NCBI GenBank assembly: GCA_963665665.1
Contig: OY762428.1
Coordinates: forward strand, 4,352,001-4,416,000
DNA: 64,000 nt
Direction: 5' to 3'
From: Candidatus Kapaibacterium sp.
GTDB lineage: Bacteria; Bacteroidota; Ignavibacteria; Kapaibacteriales; UBA2268
Part shown: in pieces, positions 10,592-22,907 of the stretch
Position numbering within the stretch: the first letter of the stretch is position 1
How the letters are laid out: every line of letters starts with the position of its first letter
Notes under the pieces: generated by a model
The model's input: the letters and a program-made list of their open reading frames with translations, nothing else
Told to the model about the DNA's origin: nothing
Databases searched by the model: none
Position numbers and translations under genes: made by a program

Positions 10592-11116
10592 TCAATTCCC
10601 ATTTTCCAGCAGTTCTTTGATTTTCTTTTTCATCCCGTCAAATTCCTCCCGGTCAAAAAGTCTGGTTAGGTAGGCTACTTTGCCATTCTGATCGATAATA
10701 ACGTTTCTGGTAACTCCTGCATCTTCCAGGGCGAAAAGGTTAAATATTTTTCCATCAGGATCAAAAAGAACGGGGTATGTAATACCGGTTTTTCTGATGA
10801 GGCTGTCAATTTTTTCTCTGCCTTCCTTCAGGTCAACAGCTGCGAGGAAAAAATCCTGATTTTCCTTGTTCTTCTGCCATATCTCTTCCTCAATAAATGG
10901 CATTTCACGGATACATACCGGACACCAGCTTGCAGTAAACTGAAGCATAACCACTTTTCCTTTCAGGTCGCTAAGCTTCATGGTTTTGCCATCGGTAAAA
11001 TTCAGAGTAAAATCAGGTGCCGTATCGCCAATCTTTACCCTGTGCATAGGATCTGCTTTTTCAGTGGAATAGCATAATATTGGGAGGAGCAGCAGGAAAA
11101 TAAGAATATTTTTCAT
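10592..11116 (-). CDS. TlpA-like thiol-disulfide oxidoreductase / redoxin
   Basis: APDF, FTASWCPVC (CxxC), signal peptide. Confidence 0.88.
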   Translation of the reverse strand: MKNILIFLLLLPILCYSTEKADPMHRVKIGDTAPDFTLNFTDGKTMKLSDLKGKVVMLQFTASWCPVCIREMPFIEEEIWQKNKENQDFFLAAVDLKEGREKIDSLIRKTGITYPVLFDPDGKIFNLFALEDAGVTRNVIIDQNGKVAYLTRLFDREEFDGMKKKIKELLENGN

Positions 11117-11232
11117 AAATAGTCAGCTCTCAATTTGCAGTAATAAAATATTTAACTTCCATTCAGGGGCAGCATCCCTGAAGATAATATCAAATTCAAT
11201 TGGAGTTACAATGCTCATTTAGTTTCGGGAAA

Positions 11233-11979
11233 CTATATCTTAGCAATTACATCCACGAGCAGTTTGGTTACTTTTTCAACATTGCTCTCGAATACCTTCA
11301 GTATTTCTTCGAAAGTAACAGGTTGCTCATCTTCTTTCCAGCAGTCATAATCAGTGCTCATGGCTATTGCGGCATAAGGAATCCCTAGTTCATTTGCCAG
11401 GATGCATTCAGGGGCAATTGACATATTTATTACATCTGCACCCCACATCCTGAACATTTTCGATTCAGCTTTGGTCGAAAATCTCGGGCCTTCGATAGTA
11501 ATTACAGTTCCATCTGAATGGAACTTCATATCAAGATTTTTTGCTGACTCAATTAAATGTTCGCGCATATAATTATCGAATGGTTCTGACATTTGGGTGT
11601 GCCTGGCACCATCGTCGAAATTATCAAAAAAAGTTACTGCACGATGCTTTGTAAAATCAATGAACTGATCCAGGATTACAATATCGCCCCTGCCAATTTC
11701 CTCTTTGAGCGAACCAACTGCTGTAGTAGCAATAATATGTGAAACTTCAAGCTGCTTCATTGCTGAAATGTTTGCTTTGTAATTCACACCCGTGGGAGTA
11801 AGGTTGTGAGCGCGCCCGTGCCTGGATAATATTATAACTTCTTTGCCGGCTATCCTGCCTGCCTGAAATTTTGAACTGGGCTGCCCGTATGGTGTATTTA
11901 CTTCTATTTCATGAAAATCTTCTAAAATATTGGGTTTGTCTAATCCTGATCCGCCTATAATTCCGATCTTCATCTTCAA
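11233..11979 (-). CDS. mtnP: S-methyl-5'-thioadenosine phosphorylase
   Basis: IGIIGGSG, RHGRAH, EGPRFSTKAES, TDYDCWK. Confidence 0.93.
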   Translation of the reverse strand: MKMKIGIIGGSGLDKPNILEDFHEIEVNTPYGQPSSKFQAGRIAGKEVIILSRHGRAHNLTPTGVNYKANISAMKQLEVSHIIATTAVGSLKEEIGRGDIVILDQFIDFTKHRAVTFFDNFDDGARHTQMSEPFDNYMREHLIESAKNLDMKFHSDGTVITIEGPRFSTKAESKMFRMWGADVINMSIAPECILANELGIPYAAIAMSTDYDCWKEDEQPVTFEEILKVFESNVEKVTKLLVDVIAKI

Positions 11980-12138
11980 CTCCGATAATATTAATAATTA
12001 TGATGTGTGCAAAATAAGAAATTGTTATATAAATTCCTTTTGATTATAATGTATAAAAGGAATTTAACAATTTCTACCGGACAATATCCGTTACTTACTA
12101 TTAATAATTTTAAAACATTGATGATTTAAATTGATTAA

Positions 12139-12894
12139 ATGAAAAAAATTGTAGAGAAATTTCAATCGAAAAGCGGGCATGATATTGCTGCAATTATCGA
12201 GCTTCCTGATAAAAATCCTAAAGCTCTTTCTGTGTATTCACATTGCTTTACTTGTTCAAAAAATTTGAAATCAGTTAATACTATCAGTAAAACACTTGTT
12301 GAAAATGGCATAGGGGTTTTAAGATTTGATTTCGCAGGCATTGGCGGCAGCAGCGGAAATTTTTCCGATACAAATTTTTCCACCAACCTGCTCGACCTGG
12401 AATCAGCTGTTGAGTATCTCGAAGAAAATCACGGGCCTCCGTCGCTGATGATCGGGCACTCCCTTGGCGGTGCTGCTACTATAGCAAGGGCGGCAGATTT
12501 TCCATCCGTTAAAGCTGTTGTGGTGATAGGTGCACCCGCAACGCTCAGCCACCTTGAGAAAAAAATGAACCATATCAGGAAAAATAAAAATCCCGACGGG
12601 GCAATAATAGTAAACATTGGGGGTGCGGATTATACTTTGAAAACAAAGTTTTTCGAGGATATGAAAAATTATAACATACTGAATTCTGCCGCTAAGATCA
12701 ATAAACCGTTTTTGATACTCCATTCGCCGGTGGACATGACTGTGGGGATAGATAATGCAGCGAAATTATTCCAGAAAGCACGTCATCCGAAGAGTTTTAT
12801 ATCACTTGATAATGCTGACCATATTCTGACAAAAAAATCAGATGCTGAATATGCAGGTAGTGTTATAAGTGCATGGTCCGAAAAATATATATGA
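12139..12894 (+). CDS. alpha/beta hydrolase (N-terminal half of the hydrolase-OsmC fusion family)
   Basis: HCFTCSK, RFDFAGIG, GHSLGG, HPKSFISLD.ADH; no C-terminal OsmC domain. Confidence 0.85.
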   Translation: MKKIVEKFQSKSGHDIAAIIELPDKNPKALSVYSHCFTCSKNLKSVNTISKTLVENGIGVLRFDFAGIGGSSGNFSDTNFSTNLLDLESAVEYLEENHGPPSLMIGHSLGGAATIARAADFPSVKAVVVIGAPATLSHLEKKMNHIRKNKNPDGAIIVNIGGADYTLKTKFFEDMKNYNILNSAAKINKPFLILHSPVDMTVGIDNAAKLFQKARHPKSFISLDNADHILTKKSDAEYAGSVISAWSEKYI

Positions 12895-13791
12895 TCAGGT
12901 TTCCGAACCTTTTAGCTTTTGATAAAAGAAGTCTCCGGTTTCTGATATCAAAACTCCGCTAAGAAGTATTATTCCGCCAATGTATTCTCTTCCTCCAAGT
13001 GTTTCACTGATAAATAAAACTGCAAAAAAGCTTGCAAGAACAGGTTCAAGGGCAAATATCAGTGCTGCTTTTACCGGGGTAGTGTATCTTTGAACCGAGG
13101 TATGAATAAAAGTTAGCATAAATGAGGCTATAATGCCATTATACGCCAGTGAATAGAGCAATTTAATATCCCAATTCAGGTATAAACCGTCAAGTTCAAA
13201 TAAGAGAAACGTTACAAGGGCTACGGGAGCCGCCGCTGTAAACTGAAACATTACCAGCCTTGCTGTTTCTCCGAAATCAGATTTTCCACGTGTGAAAACA
13301 TCCATGTAAGTTATATACAAAGCCCAGAATATACAGGACAAAAGTGTGTATATATCACCAATATTGATATTGTCGAATTCCGGATTTGTAAAAATCCATA
13401 ATCCGATAAATGCGATAACAACTCCAATTTTGGGCCAAAGGCGAATATTTTTCTTTTCAACTAATTTATAAACAAAAGGAACTAACACTACAGATACACC
13501 TGTAATAAATGCTGATTTTGAAACTGTAGTGAATTTCAATCCATAGGTCTGCAATACAAACCCTCCACCGAAAAACAAGCCGAGTATAAGCCCGTGAAGA
13601 AGTGTTTGTTTGTTTGTTTTGAATAAATGCCTTCCGAATACTGCAAAAGAAATAGCAAAGGCAATGATAAACCTGAAAATAATATAAAGCGATGGCGGAC
13701 AGTATTCAAGCCCTATCTTGGTAAAAAGAAAAGTACCGCCCCAAATGAAAGTTATCAGGACGAGTAGTAATTCCGCCTTCCAGTGTTTCAT
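12895..13791 (-). CDS. DMT/EamA family transporter
   Basis: About 10 TM helices, IWGGTF, QTYGL, LEPV. Confidence 0.9.
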   Translation of the reverse strand: MKHWKAELLLVLITFIWGGTFLFTKIGLEYCPPSLYIIFRFIIAFAISFAVFGRHLFKTNKQTLLHGLILGLFFGGGFVLQTYGLKFTTVSKSAFITGVSVVLVPFVYKLVEKKNIRLWPKIGVVIAFIGLWIFTNPEFDNINIGDIYTLLSCIFWALYITYMDVFTRGKSDFGETARLVMFQFTAAAPVALVTFLLFELDGLYLNWDIKLLYSLAYNGIIASFMLTFIHTSVQRYTTPVKAALIFALEPVLASFFAVLFISETLGGREYIGGIILLSGVLISETGDFFYQKLKGSET

Positions 13792-15089
13792 CTATTCCTC
13801 CGCCCCGGTTTCCCCGGATTGTTGCTTCCGGTATTTTCCTTCTGAAGTTTTTCTTCGTTTCCTGTTGCTCCTGATTCTTTGTCAGTATTCTCAATATCAA
13901 CAGGTTCAGTCAGGTATTTATTTAATTTTTCAAGCCTTTTTTTCTCTTCTTCTTCTTTTTTCTTCTTTTCTTTCTCGGCTTTGGCTCTGGCTTCTGCAAG
14001 TTCTTTTTTTCTTCTCTGTTCGTTGAAATTAACTGATTTAATCAGCTTAACATGAGGTTTGATAATACCCCTTGCCCTGAGAGTATCTTCGGCGTAGCGG
14101 AACCTGTTTTTATCCCTGATATTCCATTTCGCGCCGTCTGGTATCTGGCACCAAGGTATCAGAGCTTCTTCAACTTCCATTGGTTTTTCAGGTAATTCTA
14201 CGAAATGATCTTTGTTGGATTTAAGGTCAAGCCAGGGACCGCCTTTCTTCCTTGAAAAATCAAACATACCCAGAATTATTACAGGCGTTCCGGAAAGCGG
14301 GATTCTTTTTCGGTTTGAATCTCTTTTAAATCCTTTTCCCCAGTAATAAAGCCATTTTGCATCATTACGGAATAATCGGCAGCAAGAGTGTGATACCGGC
14401 CTGCCTGGCATTGTAAACTGGTGAAATGCACTCCCGGCCTCTGCATGTATGTTCCATGTAAAGGGCATTTTCCAGTTGCTGTCCAGCGAACTGCGGTGTT
14501 CTTTTTCTTTCCACACAAGAGCGTATCGTCCGGGATAAGTAGGGGTTCTTTCTTTTCCGGTATTTGTGGCTCCAAATTGAACCAGTCTGCCATATTCATA
14601 AGCCCCGAAAGCCTGGTATTCATTCGAAACAAAGACGATTTTACTAATATCCCTACCGGCAGGGTAATAGTAAGGAAAAATTGAATAAGCCTTTTTATCT
14701 GCAACGGCACTATCGGCAAGGACAACTGTTTCCCCAATTCGCAAGTATCCGGTCGATTTTCGGTTCAAGGTATTAAATACCCTAAGAACATATTTGTTGC
14801 TGTCGGTTTCCCGAATCATACGCCTTAATTCTTTGAGTTTTTTATAGTCGGAAATATGAAATCTGCTGTATGTAATTTTAGGATACATACTGTCATATTT
14901 CCGTAAAGTATCCAGAATACGCAGGGAATCAAGCTGTTTTTCGGTTAACTGCGGTTCAATATCTTTTTTATCTGCCGGTTTGTCATTTCCGGTGTCGATG
15001 CAGGAATATTGAATAAATAATATGCCAAAACAAATTAACAGTATTATATTTTTTTTCAAAGAGTTTCCGCAAATAATATAACATTCCAC
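13788..15089 (-). CDS. L,D-transpeptidase (YkuD family), probable lipoprotein
   Basis: HQFTMPGRPVSHSCCRL matches the HxxxxxxxxxSHGCxR-type catalytic motif; charged C-terminal tail. Confidence 0.8.
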   Translation of the reverse strand: MECYIICGNSLKKNIILLICFGILFIQYSCIDTGNDKPADKKDIEPQLTEKQLDSLRILDTLRKYDSMYPKITYSRFHISDYKKLKELRRMIRETDSNKYVLRVFNTLNRKSTGYLRIGETVVLADSAVADKKAYSIFPYYYPAGRDISKIVFVSNEYQAFGAYEYGRLVQFGATNTGKERTPTYPGRYALVWKEKEHRSSLDSNWKMPFTWNIHAEAGSAFHQFTMPGRPVSHSCCRLFRNDAKWLYYWGKGFKRDSNRKRIPLSGTPVIILGMFDFSRKKGGPWLDLKSNKDHFVELPEKPMEVEEALIPWCQIPDGAKWNIRDKNRFRYAEDTLRARGIIKPHVKLIKSVNFNEQRRKKELAEARAKAEKEKKKKEEEEKKRLEKLNKYLTEPVDIENTDKESGATGNEEKLQKENTGSNNPGKPGRRNR

Positions 15090-15544
15090 AATTTATCAAA
15101 GCAAATTTAATAATATTCTGATAAATTTTTCATTAATATTGATTCAGAAAGAATTATACTTGATGAACTGGATCAGCATTAGAAGTTCAAAGTCAATTTC
15201 TGATAAGGTTTTTGTAGCTTACTTTTGGACGGGTCCCTTTAATCCTGATATGATAAGTATTCCGCTCAGTCGAATGCTTAGTTAATGATTAAAAATTTTA
15301 TTTTTTTTGTGGAGATATGTGGAACAATTTTAACAATGCGTTACCTGTAATAATTATATCGAGATAAATTTATCCACATTGGTTACAAAAATTTTAAAAT
15401 TATTTTTTAGTGTGATTATCATTTTTTATCTTTACCTGAAATCTTTGCGGCTTAATTTCAAAAAGTCGTATTGAGATATAGCGGCTCAAAAATCAAACGC
15501 TTAGGTTTCGGTAACAAAAGCAATAAGTTAGTTGACAGGAATAA

Positions 15545-16828
<1,284 letters not shown>

Positions 16829-16853
16829 TAAACCTTGGGGGAATATTATAAAT

Positions 16854-16884
16854 CAAGGCTGCTCGTATCGGGCAGCCTTGTTTC
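16854..16884 (+). terminator. intrinsic terminator after purA
   Basis: CAAGGCTGCTCG-TAT-CGGGCAGCCTTG stem followed by TTT. Confidence 0.7.
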
Positions 16885-17023
16885 GTTATATAAAAATGTT
16901 CAGCCTGTTATTCTGTATTGACAAAGTTATCGTAATCAGATAAAAATCAATTTGGCTTTTAGGCCTTTGAAAATTGCCATTGAATAATCAAAAATGATAT
17001 TGTAGAATTATCCTGATATTCAA

Positions 17024-17908
17024 CTAAAACTCTACTTCACCCGGCATGCCTATCTTTAGGGAACCATCGTTCTTAACCCTGATTTTCACGGCATAAACAA
17101 GATTCACTCTTTCTTCTTTGGTTTGAATAATTTTAGGGCTAAATTCAGCTTCCGGGGATATCCAATAAATTGTGCCTTCGTAGGTTCTGTTTTCATCGCT
17201 GTTCTTATCAGCCAGAACCTTCACTATATTCCCGATTTTAATATTGGGGAGTTGGCTGCCGCTGACGTATGCCCTAAGAGTAATATTTGTAAGGTTGGCT
17301 ATTCTGAACAGGGGTTTTCCAGGTGCTGCCAATTCATGAAGCTCTGCGTACTTTTCAAGCACAGTAGCGTTCATCGGGTTTACTATTTTGCATTTTTCAA
17401 GTTGCAAATTCAGCCTTTCCATTCCTGCATCAACTGCTTTCATTTCAGAAACGATTGGGGCATTTTGTGCTTCCACCTGTTTTATCTGTTTCTCTATTAC
17501 TTCAATAGCGCTGTTTATATCGTCCATTTGCTGTTGTGTTGCGGCGCCGGATTCGAATAGTTTTTCAAGCCTTTTTTTATCATTCAGCGCTTTCTCTTTT
17601 CTTTCATTCAGGACGGCTATCTGGGTAAATACCTGGCTGCTTCTTGATTTGATTGCAGCTTTTTTTGCCCTGGTTTCTGCCATCATTGCCACAATATCAC
17701 TCGTGTCTATCAGGCAAACAAGCCTGCCGCTGTCAATTGTCATACCTTCTTCAATGTTCATTTCAATTATTTTCCCTGCTGTCTCCGCAGAAATTATTGT
17801 TTCAACAGCTTCGAAATTTCCGTAGGCATCGGATTTACCGTTTTCGTCAGAACATGAAGCCGCAAGTAATAATGCAGCTAATAGGATATAAATATTTAAA
17901 GCTTTCAA
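17024..17908 (-). CDS. HlyD family efflux periplasmic adaptor (lipoprotein)
   Basis: LAASC lipobox, AYGNFEA, AEFSPKIIQTKEER, LKIGMPGEV. Confidence 0.9.
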   Translation of the reverse strand: MKALNIYILLAALLLAASCSDENGKSDAYGNFEAVETIISAETAGKIIEMNIEEGMTIDSGRLVCLIDTSDIVAMMAETRAKKAAIKSRSSQVFTQIAVLNERKEKALNDKKRLEKLFESGAATQQQMDDINSAIEVIEKQIKQVEAQNAPIVSEMKAVDAGMERLNLQLEKCKIVNPMNATVLEKYAELHELAAPGKPLFRIANLTNITLRAYVSGSQLPNIKIGNIVKVLADKNSDENRTYEGTIYWISPEAEFSPKIIQTKEERVNLVYAVKIRVKNDGSLKIGMPGEVEF

Positions 17909-17919
17909 TTTCAGTTTCC

Positions 17920-19209
17920 TTAGTTAGTTTGTCCAAGTAGTACAAGTAAATCTGCTTTTGCTTTATTCAGTTCAATTTTGTGCAGCTCCAGATTCATTTC
18001 AGCATCTTTCTCCTTGTTCAATATTTCAATATAATCCGAAGATGTGATTACGCCGTTTGTCAGTCTGGATTCTGCTTCGGCACTGATTCTTTCTCTTAGG
18101 ATTAAAATTTCCCTGTCTTTTTTAATAGTGTTTGTCAGGTTTTCAATACTTACTTTGTAAGATTCACTAATCAGGCGAATGTTTCTTTCGAATTCACTGC
18201 GGCTATTGTCAATTTCCTCTGCTTTGATTTCTGCTATCTGCTTATCTCTGTTATTATTTCCTTTGCTCCAGATGTTCCAGTTGGCCTGAACGCCTGCTAT
18301 AAAGTAGGGGCTGAATTTATCGTCGAACATATTTAAGCCGGGCCTGCCATATACAAAATTTCCAAAGGCAGAAATTTTTGGGATATAAGCTGAACCCAAA
18401 ATTTCAACCGACTGGTTTATTAGATTTTTACTACTTTCAAAAACTTCAATTTCAGGCCTCTCAAGAATAAAATCATCAGTGATTTCGGGAATTTTATACT
18501 CCAGGGAAGAAATGTTAATAAATTTAATACCTGTCAATGTAGTTAAGTTGTTAATCAATATGGCTTTTTGTTTAACAGAGTTTTCAGACTGATTTTCAAT
18601 TTTCAATATTTCAGCCTGAAGTTCCAACTGATAGCTTTCGGGCAGAAGTCCGTTAGTAACCATTGTTTCAATTTTTTTTAACTTTTCTTCAAAGGTTGTG
18701 ATCATGTTGTCAAGGATACTTTTTCTTTTGTCAGTTATTAGAGCCGAGAAATAATAATTATTGACCTGGCTTAAATTTTTATATATATCCGCTTCCAGGG
18801 TTTTCTTTTCAAGAGCAGAGCTGAACATGTTACTTGACTTTAGTGCCGATATACTGCCGCCATCCCAGATAATCTGATTGATACTTACTCCTGCCTGGTA
18901 TTGATCCTTTGGCATTTCAGGGAAATCAGCCTGAAATCCCGGTATCGGGATATCAATATCAATTTTTGTTACATCAGATTGGTACTGAGCTTTAGCAAAT
19001 ACATTAATTTCAGGATAATATCGCGAAGATAGTTTTTCATCCTCAAGATTTGCTCTTAAACTGATATTCTTTGCTGAGGATGCCAGCTCGGAATTTTTCT
19101 TAGCTGCTTCCCAAAGCACCCTAAGGCTGTATTCCTGTGCCATGGCCGGGCTTATTGCAATTGCTATACAAAGTATTACGCCAATCCAGTTTAGTTTTTG
19201 GGTTTGCAT
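17920..19209 (-). CDS. TolC family outer-membrane efflux protein
   Basis: Signal peptide, QIIWDGG, GRPGLNMF, helical repeats; operon context. Confidence 0.85.
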   Translation of the reverse strand: MQTQKLNWIGVILCIAIAISPAMAQEYSLRVLWEAAKKNSELASSAKNISLRANLEDEKLSSRYYPEINVFAKAQYQSDVTKIDIDIPIPGFQADFPEMPKDQYQAGVSINQIIWDGGSISALKSSNMFSSALEKKTLEADIYKNLSQVNNYYFSALITDKRKSILDNMITTFEEKLKKIETMVTNGLLPESYQLELQAEILKIENQSENSVKQKAILINNLTTLTGIKFINISSLEYKIPEITDDFILERPEIEVFESSKNLINQSVEILGSAYIPKISAFGNFVYGRPGLNMFDDKFSPYFIAGVQANWNIWSKGNNNRDKQIAEIKAEEIDNSRSEFERNIRLISESYKVSIENLTNTIKKDREILILRERISAEAESRLTNGVITSSDYIEILNKEKDAEMNLELHKIELNKAKADLLVLLGQTN

Positions 19210-19211
19210 AA

Positions 19212-19829
19212 TTATTCCTTGTTAATCTTAAGACCGTTGAAAATTATTTCGGGAATAAGAGTTTTTCGCTCTTCAAGAAGTTTATCAAAACCATCATCGC
19301 TGATATCGAATATTTTTTGAAGCAATGGCCTGGACAGAAAGGGGAAAATACTCAAGCCAAGAATATTTATTATAAACTGCTCGGCGGAAATGTCTTTATA
19401 ATTTCCTTTCTCAACTTCTTCTCTGAATTGGATCAGGATATTTTTTGGTATCATTTCCAGGTTTTTTCTGAATATTTTCTCTATCTTATCAGGATTAGTA
19501 TTGATTTCATGAAGGATAAACATTGGAATTTGAGGGTATTTGGCAAGCATTTCAATATAATTACTTACAAAATTCCTGATTTTATCATCAAAAGGAATAT
19601 CCATAGCTGGTATAGGGCCAATTTTTACAAAAAGAGACTTTACCGCCTGTTCGAAAACTCTTTCAAAAAGTTTGTCTTTACTTCGATAATAGTAGTGGAG
19701 CATAGCTTTATTTATTCCTGCTTTATCAGCAATTTCCTGCATCCTTGCTCCGTAAAATCCCTTTTCAATAAATACCTTGTTTGCTGCATCAAGGATTTTC
19801 TCTTCAGCCTGTTTTTCTTTTTCACTCAT
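19212..19829 (-). CDS. TetR/AcrR family transcriptional regulator
   Basis: IADKAGINKAMLHYYYRSK helix-turn-helix. Confidence 0.93.
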   Translation of the reverse strand: MSEKEKQAEEKILDAANKVFIEKGFYGARMQEIADKAGINKAMLHYYYRSKDKLFERVFEQAVKSLFVKIGPIPAMDIPFDDKIRNFVSNYIEMLAKYPQIPMFILHEINTNPDKIEKIFRKNLEMIPKNILIQFREEVEKGNYKDISAEQFIINILGLSIFPFLSRPLLQKIFDISDDGFDKLLEERKTLIPEIIFNGLKINKE

Positions 19830-19875
19830 ATTTATAATCCATAAATGGTTAAACTAAAATATTTAACTACATATA

Positions 19876-19891
19876 TTAACTAAATGGTTAA
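19876..19891. promoter_or_regulatory. putative TetR operator palindrome
   Basis: TTAAC-TAAATG-GTTAA upstream of tetR; a related half site TAAATGGTTAA near 19842. Confidence 0.5.
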
Positions 19892-20000
19892 TTGTACGAA
19901 TATACATAATATTTCTTTTATATTCAAAAAAAAATATTATATTTCCTTTTTAGTTTATATAAGTATCAGCATTGGTTAAATTGGGCTATAGGGTGTATAT

Positions 20001-22037
20001 TTGAAAAAGAGAAAAAACAAAGGATACAGGTGCGGGAACAGCAGGGTGGTAATAATTACATTGTTATTGTTTTTTTTGTGTAATACTTCAAGTATGTACT
20101 CACAAACAGACAGGCTTAAGGAACTTTATAATAATATCGTAGAGAGTGAGGGTAAGGATACTAATTCAATTAGAGAAATGGTATTGAAAATCAGACATCC
20201 AAGAATTGACAGTTTGGCTATTACATTCCCTTATGCCAATAATTTGTATGATTTTTATAAAAAACAGGGTTTAAATTTTCAAAAGGAAAACATAATAGAT
20301 GCTTTGGCAGGCAATTATTATCTTAAAGGGGATTATTATGAAGCTATAGAAAAATATCTTGAATGGGTTCCTTTGATTGCTGATACAAATTATCAGGATA
20401 AGTTCGCTGTAAATTATAATATTGCTAATACTTTTAAAAATTTAGAGAAATATGATGATGCCATAAAGTATTTAAAAAAATCAATTTCATATCTACCAAG
20501 AATTGAGGACCAGAATTATGATTTCAGAGCTTATAATCTTATGGGTATTATATATTTTAGTAATAATGACTTTGTTAAATCAGAATCTAATCTTATTAAA
20601 GCCTACAATATATCAAGAGAAATGAATAATCTTAAGAATAAGGCTATGGTAAGTAATAATCTTGGAATGATTTACCAAAATAAATCAGATTTTGACAAGG
20701 CTCTGGAGTACTATAAAATCGCTGGAGATATTAATAAAAAAAGTAATTTTCTAAGATCATACCAGAAAAATTTACTGAATGTTGCAAATGTATATGTGAA
20801 AATGAATAAATTGGATTCGGCGAAAAAATATTTTGATTTCATCCGAATTACTTTTAAAGATTATAATAACTTAGAAATCGAAAAGAGTTACAATTTCAAC
20901 ATAAGCAGTTACTATAAAGCTGTAGGAAATTATCAAATGGCACTTGAATATTATCAAAAATATTCCTATTTGAATGATTCACTACAAATTAGGGAAAAGA
21001 ATAGTGAAATTGAAATGATTTTTAACGAATTTGAATTAAAAAATAAAATTCGTGAGAATGAAATGCTTTCCAGCGATAATAAATCTAAGGATATAAAGCT
21101 TGCTGAAAACAAACTAATGCTTGTTATGGCTTTGGCAATTATTACATTGGCAGTGATAGTATTCTATTTTCTAATTCGTAAAGGTAAGAGAGATAAAGAG
21201 CTGAATAATCTGCTTAAAGAAAAAAATGAAGATGTCCAGTCTGCAAATTCGGAACTGAACAGAGTTAATAAAATTCTTGGAGAAGAGTCCAGGAAACTGG
21301 CCTTGGTGAATAAGAGGTTAATGGATTCGGAGAAATTATTGAGAAAGAATAATATTGAAAAAGACAGGTTCTTTTCAATAATCTCGCATGATATCAGAGA
21401 TCCTCTTCAATCATTAATGCTTGGGACTGAACTTCTGAATATGCAGATAAATAGAGAAATGTATGCCAAGGCTGCTAAAAATTCGGTATCAATAACAAAT
21501 GCTGCGCATAGCCTTAAGGCCATGATGGAGAATTTATTTACATGGGCGGAAGCGAAGTCTGGTAGTTTGAAGGTGATTCCGGTAGATACGAAACCCGTAC
21601 AGATCATTCAGAATATCAGGAGCTTATTTGCTAGTGAAATTGAGGAAAAAGGAGTCAATTTCAACATAAAAATTCCCGGTGATATGACTATCAGGGCTGA
21701 TATGAATTTACTTCATACAATATTCAAAAATCTGATATATAATGCCGTAAAATATACAGATCCAAATGGTAATATTACTATTGATTCTATTAAAATTGAT
21801 GACTTTTTCCTTTTCACTGTCGAGGATGACGGAGTTGGTATCAGTGAAGAGAACCTTGAAAAATTATTCAGACTTGATACCGTTTACAGCACAAAAGGTA
21901 CGAAGAATGAGTCCGGTACTGGATTGGGCCTTATTATTTGCCAGGAATTCGTAGAAAGGCACGGCGGTAAAATTTGGGTGGAAAGCAAACAGGGAAGCTG
22001 GACGAAGTTTTCATTTACTATTCGGGATGATATGTAA
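20001..22037 (+). CDS. TPR-containing membrane sensor histidine kinase
   Basis: TPR repeats, one TM helix, H-box SHDIRDP, N-box NLIYNAVKY, DDGVG, GTGLGL. Confidence 0.92.
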   Translation: MKKRKNKGYRCGNSRVVIITLLLFFLCNTSSMYSQTDRLKELYNNIVESEGKDTNSIREMVLKIRHPRIDSLAITFPYANNLYDFYKKQGLNFQKENIIDALAGNYYLKGDYYEAIEKYLEWVPLIADTNYQDKFAVNYNIANTFKNLEKYDDAIKYLKKSISYLPRIEDQNYDFRAYNLMGIIYFSNNDFVKSESNLIKAYNISREMNNLKNKAMVSNNLGMIYQNKSDFDKALEYYKIAGDINKKSNFLRSYQKNLLNVANVYVKMNKLDSAKKYFDFIRITFKDYNNLEIEKSYNFNISSYYKAVGNYQMALEYYQKYSYLNDSLQIREKNSEIEMIFNEFELKNKIRENEMLSSDNKSKDIKLAENKLMLVMALAIITLAVIVFYFLIRKGKRDKELNNLLKEKNEDVQSANSELNRVNKILGEESRKLALVNKRLMDSEKLLRKNNIEKDRFFSIISHDIRDPLQSLMLGTELLNMQINREMYAKAAKNSVSITNAAHSLKAMMENLFTWAEAKSGSLKVIPVDTKPVQIIQNIRSLFASEIEEKGVNFNIKIPGDMTIRADMNLLHTIFKNLIYNAVKYTDPNGNITIDSIKIDDFFLFTVEDDGVGISEENLEKLFRLDTVYSTKGTKNESGTGLGLIICQEFVERHGGKIWVESKQGSWTKFSFTIRDDM

Positions 22038-22040
22038 TAT

Positions 22041-22907
22041 ATGATAGTTTCGGTAAGCAGGAGGACTGATATCCCGGCGTTTTATTCCGATTGGTTAATT
22101 AATAGAATTAAAGCCGGTTATTGCCTGGTAGCCAATCCGTATAATCCGAAGCAGATAAAAAAAGTCTCATTATATCCCGATGATGTTGATTGTTTTGTAT
22201 TCTGGACCCGTAATCCCGAAGCTATGATGAAATATCTGGATTTTCTTGATGAATCCGGTTTTTCTTATTATTTCATGATAACGCTTACAAATTATCCCGA
22301 AATATTGGAGCCTGAAAATCCTGATAAAAACCGTATTATTGATTCAATTATTAATTTATCTGAAAAGATTGGCAAAGAAAGAGTAATATGGCGTTACGAT
22401 CCAATAGTATTGGCAAATGAAATAACTCCTGAATTCCATTTAGCGAACTTTTCTGATTTATTAAATACCTTATCCGATTTTGTTGGGAAGATTATTACAA
22501 GTGTTCTCAGCAATTACAGGAAAACTGAGAGGAGAATGTTAAAGGCGGGGTATCAGACGATTTATAATTATGATGAAATTGTTGAACTATTAGAAACATT
22601 GAATGATGTTGCTGCAACTGAGCAGAAGAAGATGCAAATATGCTGTCCTGATGAAAAGTTAAAATCTGCCGGTATAGAATCTGCAAGCTGTATTGATATT
22701 AATCTTATTAACAAAATTAGCAAAAAGAATATCCCTTATAAACGTGACAGAAACCAAAGGTTGAATTGCAATTGCAACCAGGCGGTTGATATTGGAGCAA
22801 ATAATACTTGTATTCATGGCTGCCGTTATTGTTATGCCAACATCAGCAGGAAATCGGCTCTGTCCAGATACGCTAAACATGATCCGAAATCGGAATTTCT
22901 TATATAA
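22041..22907 (+). CDS. DUF1848 family protein (radical-SAM-like)
   Basis: SRRTDIPAFY, WRYDPI, DIG...TCIHGCRYCYA. Confidence 0.85.
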   Translation: MIVSVSRRTDIPAFYSDWLINRIKAGYCLVANPYNPKQIKKVSLYPDDVDCFVFWTRNPEAMMKYLDFLDESGFSYYFMITLTNYPEILEPENPDKNRIIDSIINLSEKIGKERVIWRYDPIVLANEITPEFHLANFSDLLNTLSDFVGKIITSVLSNYRKTERRMLKAGYQTIYNYDEIVELLETLNDVAATEQKKMQICCPDEKLKSAGIESASCIDINLINKISKKNIPYKRDRNQRLNCNCNQAVDIGANNTCIHGCRYCYANISRKSALSRYAKHDPKSEFLI

